Assembly: GCA_016794075.1 (NCBI GenBank)
Contig: JAEUKU010000032.1
Location: 1 to 37,376, forward strand
DNA from: Rhodospirillaceae bacterium
GTDB lineage: Bacteria > Pseudomonadota > Alphaproteobacteria > Dongiales > Dongiaceae
DNA length: 37,376 nucleotides
Direction: 5' to 3'
The notes below the pieces were generated by a model. That model saw only the letters and a program-made list of their open reading frames with translations, searched no databases and had not been told where the DNA came from. Within the stretch, counting starts at the first letter, position 1. Every line of letters starts with the position of its first letter. Below, one piece after another: positions 35,038 through 37,376 of this stretch. A program made the position numbers and the translations under genes.

Positions 35038-36672
35038 ATGCGCAAACACCTGTTGTCCGCCGCCGCCATCGCCTTGCTGGCCTCCGGTGCCGCGGCCCAT
35101 GACGGCGTCGCCACCAACCTGATGGACGGCCTCGGCGACCACCACCACGCCATCGCGACCACCAATGGCGAAGCGCAGAAATTCTTCGATCAGGGCCTGA
35201 TCCTCACCTTCGCCTTCAATCACGACGAAGCGATCCGCGCCTTCCGCCGCGCCGCCGAACTCGACCCGAAATCGCCGATGCCGCTGTGGGGCATCGCCTT
35301 CGCGCTGGGCCCGAACTACAACCTGCCGGCCGGCCCGACGCAGCTGGCCGAGGCCTATGAGACGGTGCAGAGGGCGCTGGCTCTGGCCGAGGATGGGCCG
35401 CAGCGCGAGCGGGCCTATGTCGAGGCGCTTGCCGCCCGCTATGCCAGCGATCCGGCCGCCGACCAGCAGCAGCTTTCCATGGCCTTCGCCGAGAAGATGA
35501 AGGCCCTGACCGAGGCCTATCCCGACGATCTCGATGCGGCGACCGTCTATGCCGAGAGCCTGATGGACCTCAATCCCTGGCAGCTGTGGTCGAAGGACGG
35601 CACGCCCTGGGAAAAGACGCCGGAAATCCTGGCCGTGCTCGAGCGCGTGCTGGAGCGCGATCCCAGCCATCCGGGCGCCAATCACCTCTACATCCACGCG
35701 GTCGAGGCCTCGCCGCATCCGGAATGGGGCCTCGCCGCGGCGAAGCGGCTGGAGACCATCGCGCCCGGCGCCGGGCACCTCGTCCACATGCCCTCGCACA
35801 TCTACATGCTGGTCGGCGATTACAAGGCCGCCGCTGACAGCAACGTCATGGCCGCGGCGACCGACGCGCACTACATCGACCGCGAGCATGTGCAGGGCGC
35901 CTATCCCATGCTTTATTTCCATCACAACCTGCATTTCATCGCCGCCGCGCGCGGGATGGAGGGCCGCTACGGTGACGCGCGCGCCGCCGCGCGCCGCCTG
36001 ACCGCGAGCCTGCACAGCCACGCCGACGACATCCCCGGCCTGCAGAACTTCGTCACCGAGTATTTCGGCATGTATCCGCTGCTGACGGCGCTGCGCTTCC
36101 GCGACTGGGAGACGGTGCTGGCCGCGCCGGAGCCCGCCGCCGACCTGCCGATCTCGCGCGGCCTGCGGCACTACGCGGTCGGCGTGGCCTTCGCCGCGCA
36201 ATCCAACGCCGCGAAGGCGGCGACGTCGCGGGCGGCGCTGGCGGAGATCCTCGAAACCCTGCCGGCGGAGAGCCGTTACGGCAACTCGCCGGCGAAGGAG
36301 GTGCTCGGCGTCGGTTTGGCAATTCTGGACGCGCGCATCGCCCAGGCGACGGGCGACCTGGAAAAGGCCGTCGCCGATTTCCAGCTCGCCGTCGCGATCC
36401 AGGACAAGCTCGCCTACAACGAGCCCGCCGATTGGCACTATCCGGTGCGCGAGAGCCTGGGCGCCGCCCAACTCGCGGCGGGACAAGCCGCGGCGGCGGA
36501 AGCCACCTTCCGCACCGATCTCGAGAAAAATCCGCGCAGCGGCCGGTCGCTCTATGGCCTGGCCCAGGCGCTGGAAGCGCAGGGCAAGAGCGAGGCCGCG
36601 GCGCTGGTGCGGCAGGAATTCGCCGATGCCTGGCGCACCGCCGAGATCAGCTTGACGCCCGAAATCCTCTGA
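35038..36672 (+). CDS. Secreted TPR/helical-repeat protein with His-rich motifs
   Basis: Signal peptide; AQKFFDQGL...AFNHDEA, ALGPNYN, HPGANHLYIH, GHLVHMPSHIY and YNEP.DW motifs; ATG 35038 with GGGAG RBS. Confidence 0.85.
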   Translation: MRKHLLSAAAIALLASGAAAHDGVATNLMDGLGDHHHAIATTNGEAQKFFDQGLILTFAFNHDEAIRAFRRAAELDPKSPMPLWGIAFALGPNYNLPAGPTQLAEAYETVQRALALAEDGPQRERAYVEALAARYASDPAADQQQLSMAFAEKMKALTEAYPDDLDAATVYAESLMDLNPWQLWSKDGTPWEKTPEILAVLERVLERDPSHPGANHLYIHAVEASPHPEWGLAAAKRLETIAPGAGHLVHMPSHIYMLVGDYKAAADSNVMAAATDAHYIDREHVQGAYPMLYFHHNLHFIAAARGMEGRYGDARAAARRLTASLHSHADDIPGLQNFVTEYFGMYPLLTALRFRDWETVLAAPEPAADLPISRGLRHYAVGVAFAAQSNAAKAATSRAALAEILETLPAESRYGNSPAKEVLGVGLAILDARIAQATGDLEKAVADFQLAVAIQDKLAYNEPADWHYPVRESLGAAQLAAGQAAAAEATFRTDLEKNPRSGRSLYGLAQALEAQGKSEAAALVRQEFADAWRTAEISLTPEIL

Positions 36673-36692
36673 CCGGCGATCGGAGAAAAATC

Positions 36693-37376
36693 ATGAACTT
36701 CACCGAGCATTCCATCCGCCTCGCCAGCGGCGTCACCCTGAACTACGCGGAGCAGGGGCCGGAGGATGGCCCCGTGGCGATGCTGCTGCACGGCTTCCCG
36801 GATTCCTGGCGCAGCTACGCGCCGGTCATGCGGCACATGCCGCCGGAATTCCGCGTCATCGCCCCCTCGCTCCGCGGCTTCGGCGAGTCGGACAAGCCGG
36901 CGGACGGTTACCATCCGCGCGATCTCGCCGCCGACGTGGCCGAGTTCATGGACCGCCTCGGCATCCATGCGGCTTACGTCGCCGGCCACTCGATGGGCAG
37001 CTATGTCGCTGCCTGTCTCGCCATCGATCATCCCGACCGCGTCGCCGGGCTGTTCCTGATCGGCACCTTCCCATGCCTGGCGGGCCGGGCCGACATGGCG
37101 GAGCTGATTGAGGCGGTGGACGGCATGAGGGACGAGGTCGACGCTGCGTTGATCAATGACTTCCAGCGCGGCACCCTGGCCCAGCCCGTGTCGGACGCGT
37201 TCTTCGCCGGCATCCTCGCGGAAAGCGCCAAGGTGCCGCTGCATGTCTGGCGGGCGGTTCTCCCCTCGCTGATGGCTTGCGATCTCGCTGGCGAACTTCC
37301 CCGCATCCAGGCGCCGACCCTCGTCCTCTGGGGCGACCAGGACGGCTTCTCCGCGATTGCCGACCAGGAGGCGATC
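36693..37376 (+). CDS. Alpha/beta fold hydrolase; 3' end runs off the window
   Basis: Translated by hand: MNFTEHSIRLASGVTLNYAEQG, LLHGFPDS, LRGFGES, GHSMG nucleophile elbow, PTLVLWGDQD; GGAG RBS. Confidence 0.92.
   Translation, partial: MNFTEHSIRLASGVTLNYAEQGPEDGPVAMLLHGFPDSWRSYAPVMRHMPPEFRVIAPSLRGFGESDKPADGYHPRDLAADVAEFMDRLGIHAAYVAGHSMGSYVAACLAIDHPDRVAGLFLIGTFPCLAGRADMAELIEAVDGMRDEVDAALINDFQRGTLAQPVSDAFFAGILAESAKVPLHVWRAVLPSLMACDLAGELPRIQAPTLVLWGDQDGFSAIADQEAI

Overview
A high-GC chromosomal segment, most likely from an alphaproteobacterium (inferred from gene content and repeat families), densely packed with mostly unlinked metabolic, transport and signalling genes. It carries the 5' end of a soluble NAD-dependent formate dehydrogenase operon (fdsG, partial fdsB), a LuxI/FeeM-like acyltransferase fused to a cNMP-binding domain, DoxX, a secreted ankyrin protein, an ATP-grasp protein, a cupin/PhyH/Zn-ADH group divergent from a PotABCD-like ABC importer, a GH75-like protein, a GAF-class III cyclase and DUF1989. 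Further on are a hybrid histidine kinase, SDR, PAS, methyltransferase, an internally deleted MOSC gene, an NSS transporter, an ABC exporter plus MBL-fold hydrolase, GFA, AKR, a sulfotransferase-like protein, a P-type ATPase, a FutA-like Fe3+ binding protein, a TPR protein and a partial alpha/beta hydrolase. No rRNA, tRNA, CRISPR, transposase or integrase was seen; two families of short palindromic intergenic repeats are present. The best candidates for undescribed biology are an unannotated 16-codon leader peptide with alternative RNA pairings upstream of the ABC exporter-MBL operon, and the acyltransferase-cNMP fusion. A cyclase lacking the catalytic Arg and a double PhaR-like operator before a small protein also stand out. 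All calls come from reading motifs by eye; no searches were run.
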